Origin: a virus
Lineage: Duplodnaviria > Caudoviricetes
IMG/VR virus record: IMGVR_UViG_2595698882_000001
Coordinates: 92,649-156,648 of that record
Reading direction: 5' to 3' (one strand)
DNA: 64,000 nt
The notes under the pieces were generated by a model that made no database searches, was not told the DNA's origin, and saw only the letters and a program-made list of their open reading frames with translations. The translations under genes were made by a program, and so were the position numbers. This document shows positions 19,282 to 31,199 of this stretch, piece after piece (the first letter of the stretch is position 1; every line of letters begins with the position of its first letter).

Positions 19282-22200
19282 TGGTTGAGAAAAAATATTT
19301 TGAAGTCACTCTAGATTTTAAGGGGAAACCTTTTCTATTTGATGAGTCCTCTTTGACGGCGCTTAAAGAAAGTTATCTCGGACTTGGTCGTGGAACAGTA
19401 GGGCTTTACTTCGGAGAGGACTCTAAACTAAGTGACACAAGAACAGGGTCAGAGGTAAACTGCTCTGCCATGGAACTGTGGGAACTCTTGAGGAAAGCAG
19501 AGGGTAAATTAAAAGAACTCAGACAAGAGTTCCATAAGGAGCAGCTAAGGGAACTGCGTGAACAGAGTGCGGAGGCTGAAAGAATTAAACGGAAACAAAA
19601 GCATAAAGAAGAAGTTGAGCGTGTGGCTAGAGAGCAGCTCTTCGATGCTGGGTTCCGTAGAGTGAAGGTACTTTACCACGATGAGAAATATATTCAGCTC
19701 AAAGGGGAAAAGAGACATTGGTTTAGCAAGCGTAGTTATGTTAAAACTTTTGAGATTGTAACAAAAAAGACTACGGACAACTTTGGCTATGCCGGAGATT
19801 GGTTCCTAATGCCAGTTAGTAAAGGAATGCTGTAAAATGAATAAGTACACTCAATTTGAAGTCCTGTTCAAAGGGGAATCATTCACCGTAACCATGGGGC
19901 TGATCGAATACTTTGAGAAACAGGCATATAGTAACCCTGTAGGAGAGATAGATGTAGAGTTTCTAGACGGGAGAGTTCGTAAATGGTATGGAACAGACCT
20001 GATTATTTTTTGTAGGAATGCAACCAAAGCGTATCACCAGCTAGTCTACGAAGACCTAAAAGGTAACGAAAACGCCTATGTAAAGCGTATGCGAGAAGAG
20101 AAAGACCCCTATGGAAAGGACGATGACGATGATTATTAATGGACTAAAAGAGTATAAAGGCACGCTTAAGAAGCTAGACAACTTACTGAAAGATATAGCT
20201 AGAGGTATTCAGGGAGTATATTATACCAACAGCTTCTTCAGCCAGAGATACCTTACAAAAGCTTTCGCTATTGCAGATCACCTAAGTATTGCGGACAATA
20301 GTGTCAATCTCAAGATCGTAACAAGAGTTGAGAAAGCAGGCATCTTAGAGATGAATAATACTAGTGATATGCTGCTGGACTACGCTGCGGGAGAGGTCAA
20401 GGCGTTTTCTCTAGACCCGGAGGAAGCTTATGCACACAACCCTACAACACCTATCCCGGAACCTATATCAGTAAACATGGCATTATTTCCTTTTGACATT
20501 GAGCTGTTCATGAAAGACCCGGAGGTTACATACCAAGAGGTCACAATCGCTGGAAGTAAGTTTACATTGATAAACCTACACCAAGTATTAGATCAAGAAA
20601 AAGAGCTGGAACAGACGGTATCACTGTTATTCGGAGAACGAGACAAACTTAACTTCTTTTCTCATTTCCTCAACAAGACTCTAACATCTAGAGACACTAA
20701 GTTAATACTAGACCTGATTGTGGATGAGAATATCACAGGTAGGGCGGTCAAGTCTGTGAGCTATCGTAACGAAGAAGGAGTAATCAGCCAAGTATTCCCT
20801 TACGAAGAGCTTATCAACTCTTATAGAAACTCTAACGGACATTACATCTTCGGCACAGGTCATGGGTACCTGAGAATCCCGGAAGATAGCCTTTATAAGT
20901 ATAAAATGACTGTAGATGCTTTTAGTGATTCAAAAAGCCTAGAGTATCAGCTAGTTTTAGAGTCGGCTAAGAGTAGAATTATTCTAAATATGGACTAGGA
21001 GGTAATCGTATGCCACCCCAAGATAAAAATGGCAAGTATATAACAGACTGTAATATAGTGTACTACTTCAAGACCGTAGAGGAGAGGATCGTCTCCAAAG
21101 AGCATCAATCTTTCGAAGATATGCAGGCAATCTCGGACGACTTCTATCAGCCGTATGTTGAGATGTCTACTAGGGTGAGAGAGGAACCTAAGAAGCCAAA
21201 GTTCCGAAGCCTAGCACAGGTAATGATTCGTAAAAGAAAGTAGTCTAAATCAAAAAACAAGGGGAGATTTCTATGTATGCAAAGTTTACAGGTAGGCAGT
21301 ACGAGGCGTATAAACAACTCATGGAGGACTACCGTATTCAGGACCACGCTCTGCAAGTGATTTACACTTACCATGGTACAGGGGACTGGGAGAGTGGACC
21401 ATACGCCCCTTTAAATGAGATAGAGCGATATTGTCTAGTTCAAGCGGTTGTTAATGGTCGTTATGAAGTTTGTCTTACCTTCTTAGAGAAGTTAGAAACC
21501 ATGATTAAGGATCAAAACAACAAAGTAAATAATCTGGTAGAAAGACTAGACTTCAATCAATGTACCCTTTCAGGACCCTTAGCTGAGGACATCCTTCCAG
21601 AGGTGCGTACAGAATGGAGAATATCACTAGCTGAGCTTGATAAACTCAGAGAGGTTTACTTGGAGTACGTTGAAGAACAAGAGGGGTCACGGCATGAAGC
21701 TAGAAGACAATTAAACATCCTCATGGGTGGAGAGCCTGTAGATGATGAAGATGATGAGTGGGAAGAGGGTGAAGACGATGAGTGATAACAGAGAACGTCC
21801 TTGGGACCTAAGTAGATTCCCTCCTATACCTGAGAGTGAGGCTGCCAAGCACGTCTGTGTTTCTCGTGCCGAGGGGTTGTCTGAGCTAAGTCCACTAGAA
21901 GCTCAGGTGTATTTCCCAGACCTACCCGGACCTCTGAGTCCGATATCTGATGAGGATGTTAATTACCTCTTCTCTAAAGAATCGTCAAACACAGAGTCAC
22001 GTAAGCGGCTTAGAGAAGGGCTAAAAGCTTACCGGGAGGCAAAAGCAAAACGGGCGGAGAGGGATCAAAATGAGTAGCCTTGAGTCACGATTTATTCAGG
22101 TCCCTGTACTATTCAGAAAAAATAAGTTCTATATAAGTGAATACGAGCTCCGCAGCCTAACATCGAAAATTAGCTACCCCTCAATGACAGGAACCATCTG

Positions 22201-22486
22201 GGCAACGTTTTGTGTGGAGACTGAGGAAGGCTCAAGAGAATACAAGACAATTACCTTTTCCGATGCGGAGTTCGATAGCTTCGCCCACTCAGCCCTAGAT
22301 CAGATAAATTATTATATGCACAGGATAAATCATGTTCGAAGTGAAAAGATGAAAGCTAAGGGAAAACAAAGTAAACAAAAGGTGATACGTTACAAAGTGT
22401 ACGTTTGCGATGAGTACATAGGGGACTTATTTCCTCTAAAAGATACTCGTATAGAAAAAGCAGATATAGACGAAGAGACCGAGTAA
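19281..22486 (+). other. run of seven hypothetical CDS (19281-19835, 19837-20139, 20111-20998, 21010-21243, 21273-21785, about 21778-22077, 22070-22486)
   Basis: tightly packed + strand ORFs, most with RBS; terminator at 22476-22498. Confidence 0.65.
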
Positions 22487-22784
22487 TCGGTCTTTTTTCT
22501 TATCTACAGGCATGGTTCAAGAAACAAAAAACCTAACAAAATAGTGTATAATAGAGATAGAGGGTAAACGGGTTTTTTCAAGGTAGTCTTAAACAGGCTG
22601 TATTTGTTTAAGATTGTACACTAAGCTTTAGTGGCTAAAAGTCAACAATGTTGTGATATTTTTAATAAAAATGACTGAATATTGAAAATATCTTGAACGA
22701 TTTACTATATTAGTGTAGAGACCTTGATATATCAAGCTTTACCGCTATTTAATAAATACACAATATTGGAAGGGTTGAACTAAA

Positions 22785-23525
22785 ATGGCAGATAAGAAAG
22801 ACAATAAAAAGAAGTCCATGGGCTCCAGTAGCGTACTCGTACAGCTGTATAACAACAGGAAGCTGGCAACAAAAGTAGATAACATGCTGGATGAAGGGCA
22901 AACCTACGATTACATTATCGACTTCTGTAAAGAAAACGGACTGAGTATTTCAAAAGCATCTTTGACTAACTATAAGAAAAAGCGGGAAGAATCTATACAG
23001 ACAGGTAAACCGCTGTTGCAGCTGCTGGATAAGCGTGCTAAGGACAACGTTACATACATAACAGAAAAGAAAGTAGAGGCTTTCAAGGAGAAACAGTCTG
23101 AGAAAGGATCGTCAGAGGACGGACATTCTCCGGCAACTATCCACGAATTTGATAAGATGGACTCTATTTTCCACGATATTGAACTGTTAGATGACATCAT
23201 CCGAAAAGGAGCCAAAGGGCTTAAGCAGTTTGATGTAGTGGACACTCCACTTGCAATGAAGGCAATCGAATTAAAAGCAAAGATCACGAACAACCAGCTC
23301 AACGGCTTATCTATTGCAGGGCTTAGAGAGCTAAAGCTGCGTCAACAAGCGAGAGCATCTGCATTAATGGAAGTTATCATGAAGTACGTACCAGAGGAGC
23401 AGCATGACTCTTTATTCGAGGATATGGACGCCGCAGAAAAAGCATTCTATGAGAACCTTGATCTGACTGAAGAAGACAAACGTATCAGTAGAGCATTAGA
23501 CCAAGCTGGCTTTGGGCTAGAGTAA
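22785..23525 (+). CDS. conserved hypothetical protein with HTH-like N-terminus
   Basis: GQTYDYIIDFCKENGLSISKASLTNYKK; late-like promoter upstream. Confidence 0.65.
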   Translation: MADKKDNKKKSMGSSSVLVQLYNNRKLATKVDNMLDEGQTYDYIIDFCKENGLSISKASLTNYKKKREESIQTGKPLLQLLDKRAKDNVTYITEKKVEAFKEKQSEKGSSEDGHSPATIHEFDKMDSIFHDIELLDDIIRKGAKGLKQFDVVDTPLAMKAIELKAKITNNQLNGLSIAGLRELKLRQQARASALMEVIMKYVPEEQHDSLFEDMDAAEKAFYENLDLTEEDKRISRALDQAGFGLE

Positions 23526-23539
23526 CTTGAGGAAGGAGA

Positions 23540-24022
23540 ATGATAATGGCTACGTTAGACCCAGTTGAATACGTATCGCTGCCTTTCGCAGTGTATACAA
23601 CATTAGAAGAGAAGTTACAGGCGTTATTAAATGGAGAGATGCTGCTTATTAAGAAGTTTGAGCAGCGGGAAGGTGCGGACGTACTTGTTCGACTGGAGAA
23701 GAAGAAATTCACCGTCACCCAGATTTCCTACGATGTTACATATACCGATAGGAACCCTCGATTCTGGGCTACATTTAACATAGGGATAAACGACCTATCT
23801 CTGTTTACCTGCTTTAAATTTGAGGAAGAGCTGTTTACCCATTCAAACCTATTCCAGTTAAATGATAACGTATGGTACACAAGTGAGGACGGTCGTAAGG
23901 ATACGGCTCTAGTAGAAGAAGTGTACGTGTCAGTTACAGACCCTACGAAGTACGCATATAAGTTGTCCCGGGATGATGGACTGTACGCTGAAGAAGATTT
24001 ATCACAAAACAAATACGCATAA
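23540..24022 (+). CDS. conserved hypothetical protein
   Basis: AAGGAG RBS; terminator at 24030-24064. Confidence 0.65.
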   Translation: MIMATLDPVEYVSLPFAVYTTLEEKLQALLNGEMLLIKKFEQREGADVLVRLEKKKFTVTQISYDVTYTDRNPRFWATFNIGINDLSLFTCFKFEEELFTHSNLFQLNDNVWYTSEDGRKDTALVEEVYVSVTDPTKYAYKLSRDDGLYAEEDLSQNKYA

Positions 24023-24093
24023 GGAACAGATACAGGGTGCTTAGGGCATCCTGTATTTTTTTTTATAAAAATCGTTGACAGTAACAAGACTGT

Positions 24094-24705
24094 ATGATAT
24101 TCTCTAAATATAGAAATTACATAAGCCTAGAGGAGGACGAAAATGTGGAAAAGAATAAGAAGGTTGCTCCAATCCGTATTGTAGCAGAGGAAGGAAATAC
24201 AGGGGAGTTTACCCGAGAGGACATTAAACTGATTGAGTCGATGTATGTTGCAGGTAAGCCTATTGCAGACATTGAGGCAGCACTTAACATCTCAAGAGGA
24301 ACACTGTATAGCTACCTAGACCGTATGGGAGTGCAGCGCCGTATGGGTGCCCCTATGACATCCTCTACTCGTAAGCTGCTCACAATGAGTAAAGAGGACC
24401 AAGAAACGTTGATTCAGAGGTATGTTTCTGGAGAGAGAACACAAGACCTACAGAAAGAGTATGGCATCACAAAGCACGCATTATACAGTCTTTTAGACCG
24501 TGAAGGAGTACCTCGTAGAGGGCGAACAGGTAAAAGAACAAAGGCTAACTTCATTACAAGTTCTAAATCACTGACAGTACCTCAACCTCTTGTAGATGTT
24601 CCCGCTATGCGTATCGAACGGGACGGAGATGTGCTGCATATCAACATTTCTCAGCAGCCGGACTGCCCAGTTACAGAAGTGAGGGTAACATTCGATAAGG
24701 AGTGA
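24094..24705 (+). CDS. tandem-HTH DNA-binding protein (probable start GTG 24145)
   Basis: IADIEAALNISRGTLYSYL and TQDLQKEYGITKHALYSLL. Confidence 0.75.
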   Translation: MIFSKYRNYISLEEDENVEKNKKVAPIRIVAEEGNTGEFTREDIKLIESMYVAGKPIADIEAALNISRGTLYSYLDRMGVQRRMGAPMTSSTRKLLTMSKEDQETLIQRYVSGERTQDLQKEYGITKHALYSLLDREGVPRRGRTGKRTKANFITSSKSLTVPQPLVDVPAMRIERDGDVLHINISQQPDCPVTEVRVTFDKE

Positions 24706-24859
24706 GAGGTATGACACCTTTAGAAATACAGGAACGATTAAAGAAAGAAAAGCTGATGAACAGATTACAGCAGATGATCATTACAGGGGCTGCGCCGGAA
24801 GGTCATATCCCTTTCCTACGAAAAAAGGTAGAGAAACTTAAAATTGAATTGGGGGAATT

Positions 24860-25120
24860 TTGATGAAGAAACTTCTTCTAGCTCCTGCGCTGCTCCTAGC
24901 GCTTGCCGGGTGCTCAGGGAACCCAGAGGAGGCTACCAAGGATGTGGACTGGGACACTGGTAGGTTTACAGAAGTGTCTGACGATGAGCTATTTGATGGT
25001 TGGGGCTATCTCAGGATTGTTCAAGACAACGTTACAGGCTGCCAGTATATACTAACATACAAAGATGTTGTCACTCCAGTCCTTAAAGAAGATGGAAAAC
25101 CTTACTGCGTTAAGAAATAA
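24860..25120 (+). CDS. lipoprotein
   Basis: lipobox LAGC; DNVTGCQY motif. Confidence 0.75.
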   Translation: MMKKLLLAPALLLALAGCSGNPEEATKDVDWDTGRFTEVSDDELFDGWGYLRIVQDNVTGCQYILTYKDVVTPVLKEDGKPYCVKK

Positions 25121-25268
25121 TGGAGAGTATAACTCCATCTCTAAGGGGTAAGTTATATGTATCGACACTGTAACTTACCCTGTATCATTTTTTTTTTGAA
25201 AAGGTGTTGACTAAAAGAAAACATCGTGTTATAGTTAAGGTAACAAATGAGTTACAGAAACAGGAGGA

Positions 25269-26916
25269 ATGGAAATGAGACAAGAGACTGTATTCAAAAA
25301 AGACAATGACGTAGCGATGGTATTCATGAATGAAAGTGGAAAGGTAGTAATCAAAAAAGGTAATGAGACTCGGGTGTTCAACCAAAGTGTGGGCTTCGAT
25401 GACGTAGTAGAGAGCTTTCGAGAAGGTGGCTGGGTTGAAGGTGGATTCGAGGACAGCAAGCGAGACATTAAAGCAGAGGTTCAAGCTTCCATTGACAGCC
25501 TTACAGAGCCTGAAGGATTTAAAGTTGTATCGTCTGAAGAACCTCGTATGGTTGTAGCTAAAACAGGCACAGGAACATCGTATTTAGCAGAAGCGGCTCA
25601 AAACTCCTTAGATCAAGAGGTGAGCCTAGAAATTATCCAAAAAGTGGACCAGTACATTGAGTTGCATAAACAGGCAGCAGAACTCAAGAGTCGTATGGAA
25701 GAGCTTAAAAAACCTGTACGTACCTATATGCAAGAGAATAACCATAAGAAAATTAAAGGAACAAAAGGTGGATCAGTGGTTCTTCAAGACGCTACAGCGT
25801 CTAACTCAACAGCTATCTATTCTAACTACGAGCTTGGTGACATTGCACCTCTAGTTTCTACAAACTTCTTGAACAAAGTCACTGAGAGCAGAATTAACTC
25901 CGAGAAGCTTGAGGGGCTGCTTAAGACTCACGAGGGCTTGGATAAGGAGACTATCGAGAAGATCAAAGAAGCAAAGATCGTAAAACCGGGAACACCTCGC
26001 TTCACAGTTAAAAAATAGGAGGGGCATGCACATGAGTATGAAGATTAACAGGTTAAAGCGGGAAAAGACAGAGTACCGAGATAAGAAAGGTACAGTTATT
26101 CGGGATGAGGATACTGTACTGTGGGAGAGCCAAATCTATGAGGTCTACAAAGACCTCTTTATAGCTGACTGGGCGCTAGACAACGTCCTTGGGGCACCTA
26201 TACCTCTAAAAGAGGTGCATAACCAAGTTTCTGTAGTTGTTGTCAAAGAAATCCCCGGACTATCAGAAAATATAGAAAAAGAAGCTATGAAGCACCAGAA
26301 GCTTTTAACCCTAAGATTGGCTACTATGGAGAGTGAAGAACGTATCCTTCTTATTATGTTCTACGAGCAGTACGTGCAGATAGCGACTTCTGAAGGGTTG
26401 ACACCTAAGTCGATGTTAGATTTTATTGATGAGGACCTAGAGAGTATGGCAGAGGATGTACTAAACGGTTTAGAGAAAGGGTTGAATAACTAATGGAAAA
26501 GACGTATAAAGTAGAGGTAGATATTACACAGCGGTTTACTACAACAGTTACAGTGACTGGAGACTTTAAAGATGCTAATGATCCTAGAATTGATAAAGCA
26601 GCTGAACAAGAGGCTGATCGAATGGACCACGGAGCGTGGGACTGGCAAGATTCCGAGTTTGAAATTATGAATGTAAAAGAGGTATCAGAGGATGAGTAAG
26701 GAATTTGGACCAGACACAGTAGTAGTATTTTCAGTAGATACAGGTTATGTAGGTTGCGATAGAGAGGAAAAATTCACTTTAGGGGACTTAGGTATTATAG
26801 ACGAGGGTGAAACTATCTCCGTAGACGACTTAGACTCTGCATTACAAGAAGCTTATGATAACTGGCTATGGGACAATATCAACTGTAACTATTATGTGGA
26901 TGAGGAGTCTAAGTAA
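25269..26916 (+). other. four hypothetical CDS (25269-26018, 26026-26493, 26493-26699, 26692-26916)
   Basis: TTGACT promoter about 25207, RBS, coupled ORFs. Confidence 0.65.
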
Positions 26917-27093
26917 AGCTGTCTGCGATAATAAACAAGAAAACATCATTGCGTTAAAAAAGAGGGCTGTATGCCTTCTTTTTTTTATTTTTTTTTTTTT
27001 GAAAAAGTGGTATAAAAACTATAGACAGTAATATATCTGTATGTTACACTGTTTACAGATAGTAAATACAGGGTATATATAGTATTCTTAAAA

Positions 27094-28107
27094 ATGAGAG
27101 GAGAGTTAAAGAAGATGGCGAAAAAAACGGAGTTATTAACGACAGAGGAGATTTTTGAACTGATTAGCGCAGCGCAATCTGGGTCAGAAGAGGCTGCTAA
27201 CGTCTTAGTAAGTCGAAATCAGAGACTAGTTTTCCATGTATTAAAAAGAGTTTATTGTGCTCATGTTTCCCAAGAGGATTTAGTACAGATTGGAAATATA
27301 GGTCTCCTCAAAGCAATACAGAATTTTGACTTGAATAAAGGTGTGAGGTTCGGTACATACGCAGTTCCTTGTATCTTTGGAGAAATCATGAGGTTCCTAA
27401 GAGATGATGGAGTGGTCAAAGTTTCTAGACCAATCAAAGACTTAGCGATTAAAATTGCCAACAGCGGGTTAGTGAATTTGAATACTCAAGAGGTTATTGA
27501 CGCTCTAAACCTTACGGAGAAACCGGAAACAGTACACTTAGCATTAACGTTTATGGAGAATCGAATTACAATATCTACAGAGGCTGCTGTACTGAACGAG
27601 GGTACAGATGAGGAAATCTGCCTCAAAGACACTGTCCACCTTAGTAAAGACCTTAACGGGGATAACTGGATGGATAATATTGATTTAACAGAAGCAATGA
27701 AGGTACTAGACGAACGAGAACGAAGAATTATAGAACTTCGGTACTTCGGTGACAGAACACAAGACTACGTAGCTGCCGATCTCGGAGTGTCCCAGACACA
27801 TATTTACAGGTTGGAGAGACGTGCACTAAACAAGCTTAGAGATACGATGTTATATGGAGGTACTGAGTTCGTTGAGGAAACCGAATCAGAGAAGCGCAGA
27901 CGGGAAATGCGGGAAAAGGCGATTGAGTTATTAAAGAGCACTACAGACACCTACGCCAGTATTTCAGAAGTGACAGGGTTGTCTGCTGCTACTATCAGTG
28001 ATCTAGCTAGAAAGCATAGACCAGAGCATATGCGGAACAAGGGCAAGCGGAAAGGTATTTTAGGTTTACCTGCAAATACTAAAGCTAAGAAAGCTGCCAC
28101 AGCTTAA
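27094..28107 (+). CDS. SigF/SigG-like sporulation-type sigma factor with extra C-terminal HTH (probable start 27115)
   Basis: EDLVQIGNIGLLKAIQNFDLNKGVRFGTYAVPCIFGEIMRFLRDDG; TQDYVAADLGVSQTHIYRLERRAL. Confidence 0.9.
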   Translation: MRGELKKMAKKTELLTTEEIFELISAAQSGSEEAANVLVSRNQRLVFHVLKRVYCAHVSQEDLVQIGNIGLLKAIQNFDLNKGVRFGTYAVPCIFGEIMRFLRDDGVVKVSRPIKDLAIKIANSGLVNLNTQEVIDALNLTEKPETVHLALTFMENRITISTEAAVLNEGTDEEICLKDTVHLSKDLNGDNWMDNIDLTEAMKVLDERERRIIELRYFGDRTQDYVAADLGVSQTHIYRLERRALNKLRDTMLYGGTEFVEETESEKRRREMREKAIELLKSTTDTYASISEVTGLSAATISDLARKHRPEHMRNKGKRKGILGLPANTKAKKAATA

Positions 28108-28124
28108 TACAGGAGGAGTTTACT

Positions 28125-28541
28125 ATGTCGAAAAGAGAAAATAAAGAACTAGCAATAAAACTACTAGGTTCTACCCAGATGTCTTATCAGCAGATTTCTA
28201 AAGAGACGGGAGTAAGCCGATCTACAGTAGCGTACATGGCAAAGAAATACCGACCAGAGCATCTACTGAACTCAATAGGACGCAAGCCTAAAGGGGAGCT
28301 AGGAGTACCAAACATTCAGATAGACCTCTCCGAAGAGCCGCAGTCTGTTATTGTCCCTCACCCTGATTCGATTCCAGTAAGACGTAGTTCTAACGAGGGA
28401 GTAATAGTTAGTTTTAACCTGAGTGTTGAGGAGCAAGCAGTGCCTAAAGAGACAGCGGTTAATCGACTTGAAGGGGTACTACAGGTTCTAAAGACGTTAC
28501 CGGGGGATCAGGTATCTTTAAGCATGAAACTAGAACAGTAG
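28125..28541 (+). CDS. HTH protein paralogous to the sigma C-terminal extension
   Basis: AIKLLGSTQMSYQQISKETGVSRSTVAYMAKKYRPEH. Confidence 0.75.
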   Translation: MSKRENKELAIKLLGSTQMSYQQISKETGVSRSTVAYMAKKYRPEHLLNSIGRKPKGELGVPNIQIDLSEEPQSVIVPHPDSIPVRRSSNEGVIVSFNLSVEEQAVPKETAVNRLEGVLQVLKTLPGDQVSLSMKLEQ

Positions 28542-28551
28542 GAGGTAAATC

Positions 28552-29961
28552 ATGAAGAAGGATAAGTATATTGTCTGGGAAGTAGAGGACCTGCCGGAAC
28601 TAACTAAGCAGGAACTAGATGTTCTGAACAGTATCTCAGAGCGTATGGCTACGGAAAAACAGGTGAAAGGTAAAGACACAAACCCTAACTACCTTGTTGT
28701 TAAAACCAGTGCCGCTTATGCAGGGGTTGTTAAGGACCTCATGCGTCAACATGGGGACTGGGACTGACTGTTAGTCCAGTTCCTTAATTTTTAGAAAGTT
28801 GTTGACACGCAGTCAAAGGAGACTGTATAATATAGCCATTGATACAGAGTAAAGGAGAGGCTGAAATGAGTTTAATCAAAAGATTACGGGACATGGCAGA
28901 TGACATCGAGAAACTTGAGGAAGAGATAGGTGAGTTACGATGGGAGCTTCTCGGAGCGGAGGTCACCTACAAAGGTAAAGAAGCTATTATTGACACAATT
29001 GACTGGAGAGCAAACCATGTATTATTAAACTACGATGATGAGAACTACGAGTGGGTGTCTTTTGCAGAAGGGGCTGATGACGATGAGTAAGTTTAAAAAC
29101 GTAGAGGTCTTGATAGCAACACTCGATGAATGGGTAGAACGCCGGGTGAAGTCAATTGAAACCCGTCTTCATGAGGTAGATGAAAGGTACAGTCTCGTAG
29201 CTAATAAGGAGCCCGAAGTTAAAGAGTTAGCTGCTGCCACGGCGGAGATAGAGAGTTTCTTGAAAGATGTCATGGATGTGGATACTGACGACCCAAACCA
29301 TCCCTTACAGTATGCAAAAGACACTATCGACCTTATGCTCTCAGAGATTCAAGAGTACAAGGACCTTCCAGTAGAGGAGGATGTAAGTGCAGAAGAGCCA
29401 GTATCTCAAAAAGAAACCCCATTGGAGCATACTCTCTCTGCCGAGTGCCTCAATCAGTGGGCAGACGCATATACTAAATACCTTAAGGGGTGTCTAGAGG
29501 TCTTAGAAAAAAGTTCTCTCTCATTGGAAACCAGAGCGTCCCAACTTCAGTTAGTAGCAAGCCAACGAACTATGCTGGCGGCTTTACTCAACTCTATCGA
29601 GGGAGAAACCTACAGTAAAATGTTAGACGACCTACATGGTTATATTGAGTACCTTTGGAAAGTCTTAGATAAGGAAAAGAAGGAAGGACCAAAGCCTAGA
29701 GAGGCAACTGAGGTAGAACTAGCCTTTGTGAGAGAAGTGAATAAACTCCAAGAAGAGGTAGACGTACTTGTAGCGTACAAAGCAGGTACTCCAGCTCTTA
29801 AAAAGGCACAGGATAGGGCTGTACTCCTCAAAAAATTATCACCCGCTTTGGGAGAGGACACTCCTAGTGAGATACCTCCAGTCTATGACATCCTACCCTC
29901 GACTTGTACAAAGATCGAGAATGCGATTAAAAAGCAGAGCAGCAACTATGGGACGTATTGA
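28552..29961 (+). other. three hypothetical CDS (28552-28767, 28866-29090, 29083-29961)
   Basis: RBS and coupling; palindromic promoter at 28802. Confidence 0.6.
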
Positions 29962-29983
29962 GGATAAAAGGAGGAAAAAGTAA

Positions 29984-31189
29984 ATGATCGAAGTAAAAGG
30001 AAAATATAACTCAGCTAAAATCTTTACAGATAACATTGAAGAAACGGCAATGGGGCAGGTTATTGAACTGTGCAACCAAGAGTTTGCAAAGGACAGCAAG
30101 ATTCGTATTATGCCTGATGTGCACGCTGGAGCAGGCTGCACAATCGGGACAACAATGACAATTACAGACAAGGTAGTGCCAAATTTAGTCGGTGTGGACA
30201 TTGGGTGTGGCTTGGAAGTTGCCTTCATCGACATAGATAAATCACAGGTGAACTTCGACCAGTTAGACGAGGTTATTCGAAAATACGTACCTAGTGGCTT
30301 TGCTGTCCGAGATAGGGAGCACCAATACACTGAATTTGTTCCCCTGAGTTTGGTGAGAGCTCCGATTAATAAAAATCGTGCAAAGCTAAGCATTGGAACT
30401 CTTGGGGGTGGAAATCACTTCATCGAACTTAACGAGGTTGGTCCGGGGAGAGTAGCCCTTGTCATCCATTCAGGGTCACGAAGCTTAGGCAAGCAGGTCG
30501 CTGAGCATTACCAAGACAGAGCTTATGAAGAGCTTGTGGACGTTAAAAACGAGCAGCAGCGGATCATTGAAGAATTAAAGTCTCAAGGAAAAGCTCACGA
30601 AATTCATGAAGCCCTACGAGGCATTAAAAAGCCTAAGATCAAAAAAGACCTTGCATACTTACAAGGGAACTCTTTTGAAGACTATATGAACGATATGCGT
30701 ATCGCTCAACGCCACGCTCTTTACAATCGAAAAGCCATGGTACAGCAAATTGTTGAACATATGGGTTGGGGTGCTGCGTGGCACATAGGAGACTCGTTTA
30801 CTACGATTCACAACTACATCGACATGGATCACATGATCCTTCGTAAAGGTGCTATTTCCGCCCGGGAAGGTGAACGAGTGATCATCCCAATCAACATGAG
30901 AGATGGTAGCATCATTGCAGAAGGAACAGGTAACCCAGATTGGAACTTCTCCGGTCCTCATGGAGCTGGTCGAGTAATGAGCCGATCTAAAGCTAAGAAG
31001 AATCTCAACGTTGAAGACTTTAAGAAGTCAATGGAGGGTATCTGGACTTCTTCTGTAAACGAGCACACCTTGGATGAGGCACCTATGGTTTACAAGCCGC
31101 TGAATGAAATTCGAGAGAACATTGAAGAAGGCGAATCAGTCAAAGTGCTGCAAGTTATTAAACCAGTATACAACTTTAAAGCAAATTGA
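29984..31189 (+). CDS. rtcB: RtcB-family RNA ligase
   Basis: MPDVHAG, GVDIGCG, GTLGGGNHFIE, HSGSR, HNY, HGAGR, DEAPMVYK. Confidence 0.95.
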   Translation: MIEVKGKYNSAKIFTDNIEETAMGQVIELCNQEFAKDSKIRIMPDVHAGAGCTIGTTMTITDKVVPNLVGVDIGCGLEVAFIDIDKSQVNFDQLDEVIRKYVPSGFAVRDREHQYTEFVPLSLVRAPINKNRAKLSIGTLGGGNHFIELNEVGPGRVALVIHSGSRSLGKQVAEHYQDRAYEELVDVKNEQQRIIEELKSQGKAHEIHEALRGIKKPKIKKDLAYLQGNSFEDYMNDMRIAQRHALYNRKAMVQQIVEHMGWGAAWHIGDSFTTIHNYIDMDHMILRKGAISAREGERVIIPINMRDGSIIAEGTGNPDWNFSGPHGAGRVMSRSKAKKNLNVEDFKKSMEGIWTSSVNEHTLDEAPMVYKPLNEIRENIEEGESVKVLQVIKPVYNFKAN

Positions 31190-31199
31190 GGTGGCAAAA

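Noticed and set aside
26976-27000. Long poly-T tract as a phase-variable element
   Set aside because: It follows the AAAGAGGGC...GCCTTCTT hairpin, so it is a terminator tail; length may be a homopolymer error
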